DNA of 64,000 nucleotides from an uncultured virus (IMG/VR IMGVR_UViG_3300028590_000010) (lineage: Duplodnaviria > Heunggongvirae > Uroviricota > Caudoviricetes), in IMG/VR virus record IMGVR_UViG_3300028590_000010; one strand, given 5' to 3'. The notes beneath the pieces were generated by a model. It was not told where the DNA came from. It saw only the letters and a list, made by a program, of their open reading frames with translations, and searched no databases. Shown here piece by piece: positions 26,085-37,227 of the stretch (position 1 is its first letter; every line of letters begins with the position of its first letter). The translations under genes were made by a program, and so were the position numbers.

Positions 26085-29000
26085 TGACATCACTCTTACT
26101 GTCCGGGTCCGGGACATGACCCGTGGAGAATTCGCCGACATTCGTCGGCGAATGCGGGGCATGGACGGCGACATTCGTGGGCTGGCGAACTCCAGCAACC
26201 TCGCGTCCGACCGGGCCGACCGGCTGAGCCGCAGCATCCGAGGCGTCTCCGGACGCCTCGGCCAGATGCAGCGCGTCGGAAGCCTGGCCGGGCACGAGAT
26301 GGACTACATGCGCCGGTCCATGGGGTTGCTGAGCCGCGACCTGCGCATGGCCGCGCGGGCGGGCGAGCTGACCGAGGACGAGTTTCACCGCCTCCGGGAC
26401 GAACTCGACGAAACTCGGCTCGGGTTCGACCGGCTCGACAACGAGATCCGCCGCCACAACGCGGTGTCTCAGCGAGCGGCACGTGATGCTGCGGCGGCAC
26501 AGCGCGAAGAACGCCGCCAGCAGATGGCCGACGGCCAGCAGCGGGTCAGTCTCATGCAGCGGCTCAACCGCGCACACGATGCCGCCCTGCGGGAGAACGC
26601 ACGTCGCAACACTGCGGCACGTCGCGAAGAACTGCGTCAGCAGATGGCACACGGCCAGCAGATGGTAAGCCAGCAGCGACGCATCAACAGAGCACACGCC
26701 GCTGCCCTCCGCGAGGAAGCGGCGCGTAACCGCCGCGCCGAAGCCGAGCGTCGCCGTCTTGCGGCACAGGTTGCCACCCGACTCCGCCAGGAAGAGGCCG
26801 ACTTCCGTCGACACGTCTCTCGGCTGGCGAGCATCGGGGACAACGACGAGGGGATGACGGGCCGGTTCCAGGGGTTGGGGGGCAACGACCTCAACCGCAT
26901 GGCCCGCGCACTCCAGGCCGTCGGCAACGCCATGAACGGCGTCAGCACGAGCAACGCGCGGGCTCGCAGCACGGCACAGTCTCTCAACGGGGACCTGCGC
27001 GTGATGTCCCGCCTGCTTGCGGACGCTGCCCGTAACGGACGTCTGAGCCAGCGTGAGTTCAACGCCCTGTCTCGTGGCCTGACCCAGGCTGCGAACGGAG
27101 CGCGCGGACTCCGTAGCGCAGGCGCTCTCACGCGCGGTGCCTTCCGTGACACCTCCCGCGAGATCGCTTACCTGCGGGCGCAGCTTCGGCTGCTGGGTGA
27201 CGACGGGAGCATCTTCGACCGGCTCGACTCGCGCCTGCTGATCTTCCAGCACAGGCTCCGCGACACGAGTCGTCATGGCGGTCTGATGCGCCGGTCGATG
27301 CGAGGCATGGGTGACGGCCTGACGGACGGTCTTCGCGGTGCTGTGCGCGGCGTCGGCGGTCTACTGGGTGTGCTGCGCCAGATGGGCAGCGTCATCAACA
27401 TCAACCGTCGCTGGACGGCGATCCTGATCGCTGCTCTGGTCCTGATCGGCCCCATCGCCCAGGCACTGGGTGCACTGCTCGTCACGGCACTGGGCGGTGC
27501 GTTCATCGCCCTGGGTGCCTTCGCCCTGCGGGGCAGCACGCAGGTGCGGAACGCCTTCAATCAGATGCGGGGAACCCTCGACGACGTCCTGACGGAGTCG
27601 GCGATTCCCCTTGAGTCGGCTCTCGTCGGCGGCATGAACCAGATCTCCGGTGCAGCCCGCCGGATGCAGCCCGCGTTGACGCGCGTCTTCGCATCAACGG
27701 CTCCGCTGGTCAAGGACTTCACTGGCGGTCTCACTGACCTGTTCGAGTACGCCCTGCCGGGCTTCGAGCAGGCTCTGAGCCGGTCCGGTCCGGTCATGGA
27801 GGGCTTCCGCACCGCCATGGGCATGCTCGGCTCCGGCCTCGGTGACATGTTCGCGTCGATGACGGAGGACGGCGGAGCGCAGGGCCTCAAGCAGGTCTGG
27901 GAAACCCTGGGCACCGAACTGAAGAACCTGCTGGTCAACATCGGTCAGTTCACGAACGCCATGTCGCAGTCCGCGACGGCGACGGCGCTGCTGGTCGGCG
28001 TCTTCCGTGCACTGTCCGGCGTTCTCCACATCGTCGAGGGCGGCATGTCCTTCCTTGACCGGATGTTCGGCGACGTACTCAGTCAGATCACCGGCAGCAT
28101 CGGCGGTGTCGGCAAGTTCGAGCAGCGCATCGACGGGCTCGGCGGAGTCTTCAGGACCACCGCCGAGGATGTCGACGCCCTCAAGAACAAACTGGCCGAG
28201 GTCGATGTCCGCATCGCCAAGATGAAGGAGGCGCGCGACAGCGCGCTCGCCAAGGGCCCGAAGGGTGACGACTTCCTCGCCAGCGTCGGTGCCACCGACG
28301 GTGACCTGAACGCCGCCCTTCAGGAGCGTGAGGGTCTCGTCGGCGCTATCGCCGACGCGGAGATGCGCGCGGCTTCGGAGACGCGGAACCACGCCGGTTC
28401 CGTCAAGGAGCTGATCGGGCAGATCCAGGCCCTCGCGGATCTGAACCGCAACTACATGGACGCCCAGGCGGCCCAAGAGCAGGCCATCGCCGACGCCACG
28501 AAGAAGCAGAACAAGTGGGGCGAGGCGCTGTCCTGGTCAAACGGCCAGCTTGAGCGCAACGGTCAGGCCGGTCGTGACGCGTACGAGCAGCTGTCCAACA
28601 TCGCTCGTACCACCAAGGAGGCCACGGACAAGGCGATCGAGGCGAACGCCCCGTGGAGCCAGATCAACGAGCGGTGGAAGGAAGGCCGCGCGAGCCTCAT
28701 CAGCATGGCCGACGGCTGGGGTCTGAACAAGACGCAGGCTCAGCAGCTCGCCGACCAGATCCTGGGGATGCCGCCGTCCAAGGAGGTCTTCGTCAAGGCG
28801 GAGACGGCTGGGGCGATCAACAGCCTCGACGGTGTCATCGCGGCGATGGAGGCCACTCCCGAGTCCGAGACCATCACGGTCGAGGCGCTCACCGGGAAAG
28901 CTCAGAAGATCCTGGAAGACCTGGGCTACACGGTCACCCGCATGCCTGACGGGTCCTTCAAGATCTCCGCCGAAGCAGGGGCGGCCAGCGCGGACATTGC

Positions 29001-30561
29001 TGCCGTTCAGGCGGCGAGGGATCGGCTCGCGGGTAAGAAGATCACCATTGCGGCTGCGACCGGCAGCGCGGTGGGCAACATCGCCAGGGCCCAGGCAGCG
29101 CGTAACCGGCTCAGCAACAAGAGCATCACGATCATCGCCAACACAGGGCCCTTCCGTGCTGCTGTCGGCGGTATCGCGGGCTCCATCGTCGGTACGGCGT
29201 ACATCAACGTGCAGCGCCGGTACGACAACAGCGCGGCAAAGCCTTTCGGTGCGCAGGGCGGCAAGGCTTCGTCTCTTCCGATGAAGCGTTTCGCCAGTGG
29301 CGGCAGCATCTCTGGCCAGGTGCTCGAAGGGCCGGGCACGAAGACGTCGGACGGTATCATCGCGCGCCTCTCCAGGGGCGAATTCGTGATGCGGGCCGCC
29401 GCCGTCGACAAGTACGGCGTCGACACCATGCGGCGCATCAACCTGGGCATGCTTCCGAAGTTCGCCAGCGGAGGCAGCGCAGCCGCGAAGAAGATGCGGG
29501 AGGCGCGGGACGACCTCGTTCCGTACCTGACGGTTTCCCGGTTCGGCCAGTTCGCCGGGAGCAAGAATTCCGAGTTCATCTCCGCGATGACGAAGATGGA
29601 CAGCCGTCAGGATCTGGTCGACGACCTGAACCGGATGCGTACATCCATTAAGAAGTCAACCAGCGGCCGAACGGAATCCCGCCTTCTCGGTCAGCTGGAC
29701 GCAGCAGGCAAGGGCCTGCTCAAGTACCAGTCCAAGCTGACGTCGGTAAACAAGTCCCTGGAGAAGGCCAAGGAAAAACTCGACGGACTCAAGGATGCCT
29801 CTTCCCAGCTCAAGGATTCCATCAAGCAGGGAATCATCGGCGAACTGAACCTGACGAGGTCCGCATCCCGCGAGGACTCGCAGGTCACACTGAACACGAT
29901 CATGAGCCAGCTCACCGCTGACTCGTCTCGCGCGAACCAGTTCACGGGAATGCTCGAAACCCTGAAGAAGCGCGGCTTCTCGGGTCGCGTGCTGGAGCAG
30001 GTTGCTCAGGCAGGCGTCGAGGGTGGCGGTCTGGAAACGGCCACGGCACTAATGAGCGCCTCTGCTTCCCAGATCAAGCAGATCAACGACATGAACCAGA
30101 GCATCCGTCAGTCTGCGGACGACGCGGGTGATGTGGCGGCCGACGCGCTGTACGCGGCGGGAATCAAGGCGGCCGAAGGTCTGGTCAAGGGTCTGGAAAG
30201 GCAAAAGGCCAGCATCGAGAAGGTGATGTTGAACATCGCCAAGTCGATGGAGAAGGCCATCAAGAAAGCGCTCGGCATCAAGTCGCCGTCCCGTGTCATG
30301 CAGAAGCTCGGGCACTACACGGCCGAGGGTTTCGCTCTCGGAATCGAGAAGAACTCCCGGCCGGAGCACGCCTGGACATCAATGCTCAACGTTCCGGCGA
30401 GCAGTTCCGGCGGGGCGAGTTACGCGGGCGGCAGGTCCGGCGAACCGATGGTCATTCAGCTGAACATCGGTGGCAACAGCATCGGCGAAGTCATCATCGA
30501 CCCCCTGCGCAAGTCCATCCGACACCGTGGCGGGAATGTGCAGGCCGTGCTGGGCAAGTAA
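26077..30561 (+). CDS. Tape measure protein (1494 aa)
   Basis: Very long Ala-rich helical ORF, hydrophobic segment, GPGTKTSD...LSRGEFV, LGIKSPSRVM. Confidence 0.95.
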   Translation: MADDITLTVRVRDMTRGEFADIRRRMRGMDGDIRGLANSSNLASDRADRLSRSIRGVSGRLGQMQRVGSLAGHEMDYMRRSMGLLSRDLRMAARAGELTEDEFHRLRDELDETRLGFDRLDNEIRRHNAVSQRAARDAAAAQREERRQQMADGQQRVSLMQRLNRAHDAALRENARRNTAARREELRQQMAHGQQMVSQQRRINRAHAAALREEAARNRRAEAERRRLAAQVATRLRQEEADFRRHVSRLASIGDNDEGMTGRFQGLGGNDLNRMARALQAVGNAMNGVSTSNARARSTAQSLNGDLRVMSRLLADAARNGRLSQREFNALSRGLTQAANGARGLRSAGALTRGAFRDTSREIAYLRAQLRLLGDDGSIFDRLDSRLLIFQHRLRDTSRHGGLMRRSMRGMGDGLTDGLRGAVRGVGGLLGVLRQMGSVININRRWTAILIAALVLIGPIAQALGALLVTALGGAFIALGAFALRGSTQVRNAFNQMRGTLDDVLTESAIPLESALVGGMNQISGAARRMQPALTRVFASTAPLVKDFTGGLTDLFEYALPGFEQALSRSGPVMEGFRTAMGMLGSGLGDMFASMTEDGGAQGLKQVWETLGTELKNLLVNIGQFTNAMSQSATATALLVGVFRALSGVLHIVEGGMSFLDRMFGDVLSQITGSIGGVGKFEQRIDGLGGVFRTTAEDVDALKNKLAEVDVRIAKMKEARDSALAKGPKGDDFLASVGATDGDLNAALQEREGLVGAIADAEMRAASETRNHAGSVKELIGQIQALADLNRNYMDAQAAQEQAIADATKKQNKWGEALSWSNGQLERNGQAGRDAYEQLSNIARTTKEATDKAIEANAPWSQINERWKEGRASLISMADGWGLNKTQAQQLADQILGMPPSKEVFVKAETAGAINSLDGVIAAMEATPESETITVEALTGKAQKILEDLGYTVTRMPDGSFKISAEAGAASADIAAVQAARDRLAGKKITIAAATGSAVGNIARAQAARNRLSNKSITIIANTGPFRAAVGGIAGSIVGTAYINVQRRYDNSAAKPFGAQGGKASSLPMKRFASGGSISGQVLEGPGTKTSDGIIARLSRGEFVMRAAAVDKYGVDTMRRINLGMLPKFASGGSAAAKKMREARDDLVPYLTVSRFGQFAGSKNSEFISAMTKMDSRQDLVDDLNRMRTSIKKSTSGRTESRLLGQLDAAGKGLLKYQSKLTSVNKSLEKAKEKLDGLKDASSQLKDSIKQGIIGELNLTRSASREDSQVTLNTIMSQLTADSSRANQFTGMLETLKKRGFSGRVLEQVAQAGVEGGGLETATALMSASASQIKQINDMNQSIRQSADDAGDVAADALYAAGIKAAEGLVKGLERQKASIEKVMLNIAKSMEKAIKKALGIKSPSRVMQKLGHYTAEGFALGIEKNSRPEHAWTSMLNVPASSSGGASYAGGRSGEPMVIQLNIGGNSIGEVIIDPLRKSIRHRGGNVQAVLGK

Positions 30562-30583
30562 ATGAATTCAGGGGAGGAACACC

Positions 30584-33500
30584 GTGGCTTTTCCCGAGAC
30601 TCCACTTCCGATAACCGTGGAAGTAAGCCTCGACGGCACCGCGTGGACTGATATCACCAGCGACGTACGCGCCGCTGACCAGATCGAGATCACGCGGGGC
30701 CGGTCCGACTGGGGTCAGCAGACCGACCCTGGGCGGTGTTCCTTCTCCCTGAACAACCGCGACGGCAAATACAGCCCTCGCAACCCCGAGAGCCCATTCT
30801 ACGGGCAGATCGGGCGCAACACCCCGGTCCGCGTTTCCGTCGAGGCGGGAGACGCCGCTCTCTGGATGCCCGGCGGCGCGGAGACCAACACCATCAGCGT
30901 GCTCGACACCGCAGCCATCGACATCACGGGCGACATCGACATCCGCCTGGACGCGACGCTCTTCAACTGGCACCTGGCCGACGGCATGATCGGCCGTGGG
31001 CTGACTTCCGTGCTGACCGAGCTGATCGGCAAGTACGCGACCTCCGGTAGTCAGCGCTCGTGGTACCTCTCGGTTCAGAACGGAAGCCTCGTTCTCCGCT
31101 GGTCCGAGGACGGCACACAGAGCACGGGCTACACCGTCACCTGCTCCGACGTCCTTCCCGTCCCGCCCACCGGGCGAATGGCCGTTCGCGCCACCCTCGA
31201 CGTCGACAATGGTGCGGGCGGCTTCACATGCCGCTTCTACACGTCCGACTCGATCGACGGTATCTGGACGCAGCTGGGCAACACCGAGACCGCTGGGGCA
31301 ACGACCAGCCTCTACAACAGCACCGCCCCCCTGCATATCGGCAATGCCAACAACGGCACGGCCTACACGATGCCTCACGGTTACGTGCACGCGGCAGAGG
31401 TCCGCAACGGCATCGACGGGACCATCGTCGCCAACCCGATCTTCGCGAACGAGGCAGTCGGCAGCGCCTCCTTTGTCGACGAAGCGGGATTGACATGGGT
31501 GTACGACGCCGACAACGTGGACACCCAGATCACCAAACGGAAGGTCCGCTTCGTCGGCGAGATCTCCTCGTGGACGCCCGAATGGGACACCGGCGGGCAC
31601 GACATCGTCACGCGCGTGGAAGCATCGGGTGTTCTCCGTCGGCTTTCCCAGGGTGTTGTCGCCGCGAAGTCTCCGGCGTACCGGGAGTACACCTCTACGT
31701 ACCGCACGGGAATCATCGCCTACTGGCCGATGGAAGATGGAAGCGAAGCGACAAGCATCGCCTCCGCATTCGACGGGCACTCCCCGATGTCCATCAAGGG
31801 GACCGTCACGCCCGCCGCCTACAGCGACTGGGCCGCATCGGACCCCATTCTCACGGTAGGCACCGGCTCCCTTCGGGCGAACGTCCCCGCCTACACGACG
31901 ACGGGCTACATCTTTACGCGCGTTTTCATCGCCGTTCCCGCAGCAGGTGTTGCCGCCGAGCAGCGCCTGTTCTCCTTCACCCAGACCGGTACGGCGCGGA
32001 ACTGGTCCGTCTTCATGAACACCAACGGATCGCTAGCACTCAGGGCGTATGACGCCGAGGGGGCGGAGATCCTCAACACGGGCTACTACCTTTTCGCCCT
32101 GAACGGCGAGAAGAAGAGCGTCGGAGTTGAGCTGACGACAAGCGGTAGCAATATCAGTTACCGGCTCATCAGCTACGACCTCATCACCAGCACACTGAAC
32201 ACCAGCGTCAGCGGCGCGATATCCGGAACTCTTACCGGCTACACGGTGGGGCGTGCCACTCAGGTCCGCTTCGGTGAAGACGGCCTGATGAACGACACAG
32301 CGTTTGGGCACCTCGCTCTGTCCGACGACTCAGAGGCGTTCACCAACGCCACCAACGCGCTCATCGGATGGGATGGCGAGAGGGCTGCCGCCCGCGTTCA
32401 CCGACTGGGCGTCGAGGAGGACATCACCGCATACACCACGGCCTTCGGCGATCAGCAGATGGGCGTGCAGTCCCGCAGCACAGTCCTCGACCTCATGCGG
32501 AACGCGGAGGAGGTGGACCAGGGAATCCTCGGGGAGCAGCGGGACATCCTGGGCGTCAAGCTGGTGCAGCGCACCAGCCTGTACAACCAGGTCCCCACCA
32601 TGGTCCTGAACTACGAAGGGTCGGACGGACTTGTTGCGCCCCTGGACCCCGTGGACGACGACCAGCTCGTCACGAACGATGTCACCGTTACCCGAGAGGG
32701 CGGGTCCTTCGCCCGCACCACGCTGACCTCGGGGGCACTGTCCACCCAGAGCCCGCCCAACGGCATCGGTCTGTACGACACGTCGTACACCTTCCAGCTG
32801 TACAGCGACGACCAGCCCTCGCACCACGCGGGCTGGCTCCTGCACCGGGGCACGTGGGACGAGACGCGCTTCCCCCAGGTCACCGTGGACCTGGCGAACG
32901 CACCTGCCACGGTCTCGGCGGCGCTACTGACGGACTTCGGCTGCCGTCTCCAGATCACCAACCCGCCGCCGTGGCTGCCGCCGGACACCATCGACCTGCT
33001 TGTTCAGGGCTACACGGAGTCCTTCGATCAGTACCACTGGACCATCAAGTACAACTGCACGCCGTACGGACCGTACAACGTGGCGTACGAGGCGTACTCG
33101 CCGCAGAGCCTGTACACCCACGCGGACACCGACGGCAGCGTGCTGAAGGAAGACCTGACCACCACGGAAACCGACGTGGATGTCCAGGTGACTTCCGGTC
33201 CGGAATGGGTGATCGCAGCCCCGTCCCTGGTCACCAACTACGCGTTCGAAACCGACCTGACCGGCTGGGCGGGGAATGGCTGCACCATCGAACGCGTAGA
33301 AACGCCGGGCATTCCGCCTTTCCTCGGCGACTGGTCCATGAAGCTGACACCGGACGGGGTCACTCAGTACCCGAACGCCGGGTCCGACATGACCGCCGTC
33401 ACCGTCGGGAAGTCGTACACCTTCTCCGGCTGGCAGATGTGCGAGACCTCGCGCAGCGTGGACCTCAACATCAACTGGTTCGACGCCACGTTCAACTACC

Positions 33501-34459
33501 TGTCCACGAATTCAGCCAACGAGACGCTGACGGCCGGTGAATGGACGTGGTTCCAGGGGACGGCGATTGCGCCCGCGAGCGCGGCGTACGTCAACATGTC
33601 TCCGACGGTCCCGGATTTCCCTCCGGCAACCGACGTCCTGTATTCCGACATGCTGACTCTGCGCCCCACCGTGGACGACGAACTCCCTGATGACTTCCCT
33701 TTCGATATCCGTATCGGCGGTGAAGTCATGCGGGTCACGGGGTGCACGCGCAGCGTGTACGACAAGTTCGGTCGCACCGAAAGTAACGGCTGGGGTACAG
33801 CGGATTCCGGGCAGACCTGGGCGACCACCGGCACTGCGGCAGACTTCTCAGTGACCGGCGGTTACGGAGCCATCTCCCCTTCGGCAGTCAACTCCGCTCG
33901 GCTCGCACTGATCACAGCTCCGAGTGCGGATATCGACGTGTACGTCGACATCACCACGGCAACGATCCCCACCGGAGGGCCGATCTTCGCGGGACCTGTC
34001 ATCCGCACGGTCGACAACTCCAACTTCTACAACCTGCGACTGGAATACACGACGAGCAGCACCGTCATTGCGACTCTCCAGAAGCGCGTGTCGGGATCGG
34101 GTACCCAGCTAGCTACGTACACCGTTCCGGTCACGCACGCAGGTGGCACCTTCCTCCGCACGCGATTCCAGGTAACGGGAAGCACGGTTCGCGCTCGCGT
34201 ATGGGAGCGCACCACCCCCGAACCGGGGGACTGGAACCTGTCGGCGTCCGACACCAGCATCACCACCGTGGACAGTGTCGGAATTCGCTCCTACAGGGAC
34301 ACCACAAACACGAGCGTGAACCCGCAGATACAGTTCGACAATTTCAAGGTCGTGAATCCGCAGACCTTTACTGTGACTCGGTCCATGAATGGGGTCGTCA
34401 AAACACACTCGGCAGGTGCTGACGTGCGTCTCGCCTACCCCGCCATCACGGCACTGTAA
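30584..34459 (+). CDS. Large minor tail protein with lectin / carbohydrate-binding insertions (1291 aa)
   Basis: WTDITSDVR...ITRGRSD...LNNRDGKYSPRNP; LamG-like IAYWPMEDG; CBM-like TNYAFETDLTGW. Confidence 0.85.
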   Translation: MAFPETPLPITVEVSLDGTAWTDITSDVRAADQIEITRGRSDWGQQTDPGRCSFSLNNRDGKYSPRNPESPFYGQIGRNTPVRVSVEAGDAALWMPGGAETNTISVLDTAAIDITGDIDIRLDATLFNWHLADGMIGRGLTSVLTELIGKYATSGSQRSWYLSVQNGSLVLRWSEDGTQSTGYTVTCSDVLPVPPTGRMAVRATLDVDNGAGGFTCRFYTSDSIDGIWTQLGNTETAGATTSLYNSTAPLHIGNANNGTAYTMPHGYVHAAEVRNGIDGTIVANPIFANEAVGSASFVDEAGLTWVYDADNVDTQITKRKVRFVGEISSWTPEWDTGGHDIVTRVEASGVLRRLSQGVVAAKSPAYREYTSTYRTGIIAYWPMEDGSEATSIASAFDGHSPMSIKGTVTPAAYSDWAASDPILTVGTGSLRANVPAYTTTGYIFTRVFIAVPAAGVAAEQRLFSFTQTGTARNWSVFMNTNGSLALRAYDAEGAEILNTGYYLFALNGEKKSVGVELTTSGSNISYRLISYDLITSTLNTSVSGAISGTLTGYTVGRATQVRFGEDGLMNDTAFGHLALSDDSEAFTNATNALIGWDGERAAARVHRLGVEEDITAYTTAFGDQQMGVQSRSTVLDLMRNAEEVDQGILGEQRDILGVKLVQRTSLYNQVPTMVLNYEGSDGLVAPLDPVDDDQLVTNDVTVTREGGSFARTTLTSGALSTQSPPNGIGLYDTSYTFQLYSDDQPSHHAGWLLHRGTWDETRFPQVTVDLANAPATVSAALLTDFGCRLQITNPPPWLPPDTIDLLVQGYTESFDQYHWTIKYNCTPYGPYNVAYEAYSPQSLYTHADTDGSVLKEDLTTTETDVDVQVTSGPEWVIAAPSLVTNYAFETDLTGWAGNGCTIERVETPGIPPFLGDWSMKLTPDGVTQYPNAGSDMTAVTVGKSYTFSGWQMCETSRSVDLNINWFDATFNYLSTNSANETLTAGEWTWFQGTAIAPASAAYVNMSPTVPDFPPATDVLYSDMLTLRPTVDDELPDDFPFDIRIGGEVMRVTGCTRSVYDKFGRTESNGWGTADSGQTWATTGTAADFSVTGGYGAISPSAVNSARLALITAPSADIDVYVDITTATIPTGGPIFAGPVIRTVDNSNFYNLRLEYTTSSTVIATLQKRVSGSGTQLATYTVPVTHAGGTFLRTRFQVTGSTVRARVWERTTPEPGDWNLSASDTSITTVDSVGIRSYRDTTNTSVNPQIQFDNFKVVNPQTFTVTRSMNGVVKTHSAGADVRLAYPAITAL

Positions 34460-34470
34460 GGAGACGCTTT

Positions 34471-34992
34471 ATGGGGGTTACCCCCTGGCAGGCCGGGCAG
34501 CGAATCACCGCCGCCCGGCTGAACCAGATAACACCGCGTTGGTCGTCCTGGACGCCGACGTGGTCCACATCGACCGGTTCGGCAACGCCCAGCCTCGGCA
34601 ACGCCACACTGTCCGGCTCGTACTGCCAGACCGGCGACGTCGTGTTCTTCCGGCTGGAGGTCACGTTCGGTACCACCACCTCATTCGGTGGAGGAACGTC
34701 GGCGGACAACTGGCGCTTCTCGCTCCCGGTCACCGCGTCCACCACCGCCTTGATCGTCGGATACGGCGAAGCCCAGGACAGCGCGACCGGCGGAACACCC
34801 GGCTCCGCTCGGTACCCGCTGCGCTGCCGCCTCACGTCCACCGCAGCTCTCGAACTTGAGACCACCGGTGGCTCCACCGGCGCAGCAGGCGGCTACGCCG
34901 CCGTCTCCGTGGGCCTGGTCGACGCCGTCACGCCCTTCACCTGGGCGAGCACGGACGCGATCCGCGCCGTCGGCTTCTACCAGGCAGCGTAA
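34471..34992 (+). CDS. Minor tail protein
   Basis: WQAGQRITAARLN, WTPTW, FSLPV motifs typical of actinophage tail proteins. Confidence 0.75.
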   Translation: MGVTPWQAGQRITAARLNQITPRWSSWTPTWSTSTGSATPSLGNATLSGSYCQTGDVVFFRLEVTFGTTTSFGGGTSADNWRFSLPVTASTTALIVGYGEAQDSATGGTPGSARYPLRCRLTSTAALELETTGGSTGAAGGYAAVSVGLVDAVTPFTWASTDAIRAVGFYQAA

Positions 34993-35001
34993 GGAGTACC
35001 C

Positions 35002-35934
35002 ATGGCCTCCCCCCTGTCCGCCGATCGCCTCGTGTCCGCGCTGCGCGCCGAGGGCGTAATGGTCGTCGAGCGCTCCGGTTGGCGAACCAACAACCGAAAC
35101 CACAAGGGCAAGTGGGACAACCTCAACGGGATCGTCATCCACCACACGGCCGGGTCGAACAGCCTGAGCCTGTGCTTCAACGGACTGGCCGACCTGCCCG
35201 GCCCGCTCTGCCACACCCACCTCGCCAAGAACGCCACGGCGACGATGGTCGGCTACGGCCGGGCCAACCACGCCGGGACGTTCGCGCAGAACGCACACGA
35301 CGCCGTCGTGGCCGAGTCAAAGACGCACCCGCGCCCTGACGCTGCGGAGCCGGTGGACGGCAACCGGCACTACTACGGCATCGAGATCGAGAACCTCGGA
35401 AACGGCAAGGACCCGTACCCGGAGGCTCAGTACGACGCCGCCGTCCGGTGGGCCACGGCGATCTGCCGTGCTCACGGCTGGACCGCGCACTCGATCATCG
35501 GCCACAAGGAGGGGACGCGTCGCAAGATCGACCCCTCCTTTGACATGAACACATTCCGTGCCGACGTGGCCGAGCGTCTCAAGCACCCGGCGGATTGGAC
35601 CCCGGGAGATGAGGAGGACAGCTTGTCCGGCCTGAGCAAGGACGACATCTACGCGGCGGTGTGGCTGAGCGACAGGGTGCCCGCACCCTCATCGGCAGCC
35701 GACCGGGCCACGAACGCCACGTGGCAGCCGCAGAGCTACCTCAAGGACATCGGCAACCGGGTCCGGGCCCTGGACGCCCGTACGGCGGCACAGCAGGTCG
35801 CCATCGACGAGCTGGTGAAGACCGTCGCCCAGCTGGCCGCCAACACGGCGGAGATCGACGCGGAAGCCCTGATCACTCGCATCAAGAGCGAGATCGACAA
35901 GGTCACCATCCACCTGGAAGTCGCCGAATCCTAG
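35002..35934 (+). CDS. Endolysin, N-acetylmuramoyl-L-alanine amidase
   Basis: IVIHHTAG, LPGPLCH, GRANHAG, YGIEIEN, IIGHKE...KIDP. Confidence 0.95.
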   Translation: MASPLSADRLVSALRAEGVMVVERSGWRTNNRNHKGKWDNLNGIVIHHTAGSNSLSLCFNGLADLPGPLCHTHLAKNATATMVGYGRANHAGTFAQNAHDAVVAESKTHPRPDAAEPVDGNRHYYGIEIENLGNGKDPYPEAQYDAAVRWATAICRAHGWTAHSIIGHKEGTRRKIDPSFDMNTFRADVAERLKHPADWTPGDEEDSLSGLSKDDIYAAVWLSDRVPAPSSAADRATNATWQPQSYLKDIGNRVRALDARTAAQQVAIDELVKTVAQLAANTAEIDAEALITRIKSEIDKVTIHLEVAES

Positions 35935-35943
35935 GAGTCCCTC

Positions 35944-36156
35944 ATGAACGTGTACGTACGCGACCTCGCCGAGCGCGTTGTCGTGACCTTCGCCCAGGGC
36001 TTCCTGGGCTCGCTCGTCGTGACCGAGATGACGGACAAGTCCGTGTGGCTTGCCGCCGTCGGTGGCGGCGTGGCCGCCGTTACTGCACTTCTGAAGGGAC
36101 TCGTCGCCAAGAGGGTCGGCAACAACGAGAGCGCATCCCTCACCGGGGGCGTGTAG
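35944..36156 (+). CDS. Holin (r1t-like)
   Basis: DLAERVVVTFAQ + two TM segments, right after the endolysin. Confidence 0.85.
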   Translation: MNVYVRDLAERVVVTFAQGFLGSLVVTEMTDKSVWLAAVGGGVAAVTALLKGLVAKRVGNNESASLTGGV

Positions 36157-36392
36157 TGGCGAATTCGGAGGCATGCACCTTGGAGGACATCCGTCTTGCC
36201 CTTGAGGTCGGCCTCGCTAGGATCGACGGCCGTCTGACATCCATCGAGAAGCACCTGGACCGCGCAGACGCGGACATCGCTCAACTGGAGACGCGGGTCA
36301 CCCAGCTCGAACGCCGAGTATGGATGGCCAGCGGAGCCGCAGCACTGGTCGGTATGGCAGTCCCGTACCTGGCTCAGGGGCTCGGAGCATGA
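36156..36392 (+). CDS. Coiled-coil + C-terminal TM lysis-cassette protein
   Basis: LARIDGRL...LETRVTQLERRVW + hydrophobic tail; coupled start. Confidence 0.7.
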   Translation: MANSEACTLEDIRLALEVGLARIDGRLTSIEKHLDRADADIAQLETRVTQLERRVWMASGAAALVGMAVPYLAQGLGA

Positions 36393-36393
36393 C

Positions 36394-36433
36394 AAGGGGT
36401 GCCTGGCAGAATTGCCGGGCACCCCTTCTTTTT
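36394..36433 (+). terminator. Intrinsic terminator after lysis genes
   Basis: AAGGGGTGCCTGGCA-GAAT-TGCCGGGCACCCCTT-CTTTTT. Confidence 0.8.
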
Positions 36434-36462
36434 CGTTGGGGTGGCCGACAGAAGGGGAGAAC

Positions 36463-37218
36463 ATGACGGATCTGACATTCCTCTCGGACGTGTCCGTCGC
36501 GCTGGTCCGACACGACGCCACCGACCTCGGCGTGTGCAAGGCCGCCCGGGTGTCCACGCTCGGCGAGCAGATCGAGGAAGAACTGCTGCGCGCGGGGTTC
36601 GACATCGAGGAGGTCGGGCAGGAAGAGTTCACCCCGAAGGACAGGGGCCTGATCAACTACTTGATGCGGGACAGGCACGGCTCGCCCTTCGAACACAACA
36701 GCATGACCTTCTTCGTGAAGGCACCCATGGTGGTCTTCTGGCAGACGGTCCGGCACCGGGTGGGCTGGTCGTACAACATCGAGTCCGGCCGGTACCGCGA
36801 GCTGGGTCCGACGTTCTACGTCCCCTCGCCGACCCGCCCCCTCGTACAGACGGGGAAGGCGGGGGCGTACGACTTCGAGACGGACGACGGCACCCTGCAC
36901 GCTGTCGTCGTGGAGCAGCTGGAGAGGGCGTACGAGACGTCCTGGGATGCCTACCAGACGATGATCCAGGCAGGAGTGGCGCGCGAGGTGGCACGCCTGG
37001 CCCTGGGGTTCGGTATCTACTTCTCCGGCTACGTCACCTGCAACGCCCGCAGCCTGATGCACTTCCTCAGCCTGCGGACGAAATACGCGGACGCGACGGT
37101 GACGTCCTCTCCGCAGCAGGAGATCAACATGGTCGCCGACAAGATGGAGAACCTCTGGCGTGAGCTGATGCCGAGCACTCACGCCTCTTTCGTGGCGAAC
37201 GGGCGGGTTGCCCCGTAA
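36463..37218 (+). CDS. thyX: Flavin-dependent thymidylate synthase
   Basis: HGSPFEH, RHRVGWSYNIESGRY, AREVARL, NARSLMHFLSLR, QQEI. Confidence 0.95.
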   Translation: MTDLTFLSDVSVALVRHDATDLGVCKAARVSTLGEQIEEELLRAGFDIEEVGQEEFTPKDRGLINYLMRDRHGSPFEHNSMTFFVKAPMVVFWQTVRHRVGWSYNIESGRYRELGPTFYVPSPTRPLVQTGKAGAYDFETDDGTLHAVVVEQLERAYETSWDAYQTMIQAGVAREVARLALGFGIYFSGYVTCNARSLMHFLSLRTKYADATVTSSPQQEINMVADKMENLWRELMPSTHASFVANGRVAP

Positions 37219-37227
37219 GGTTGACGC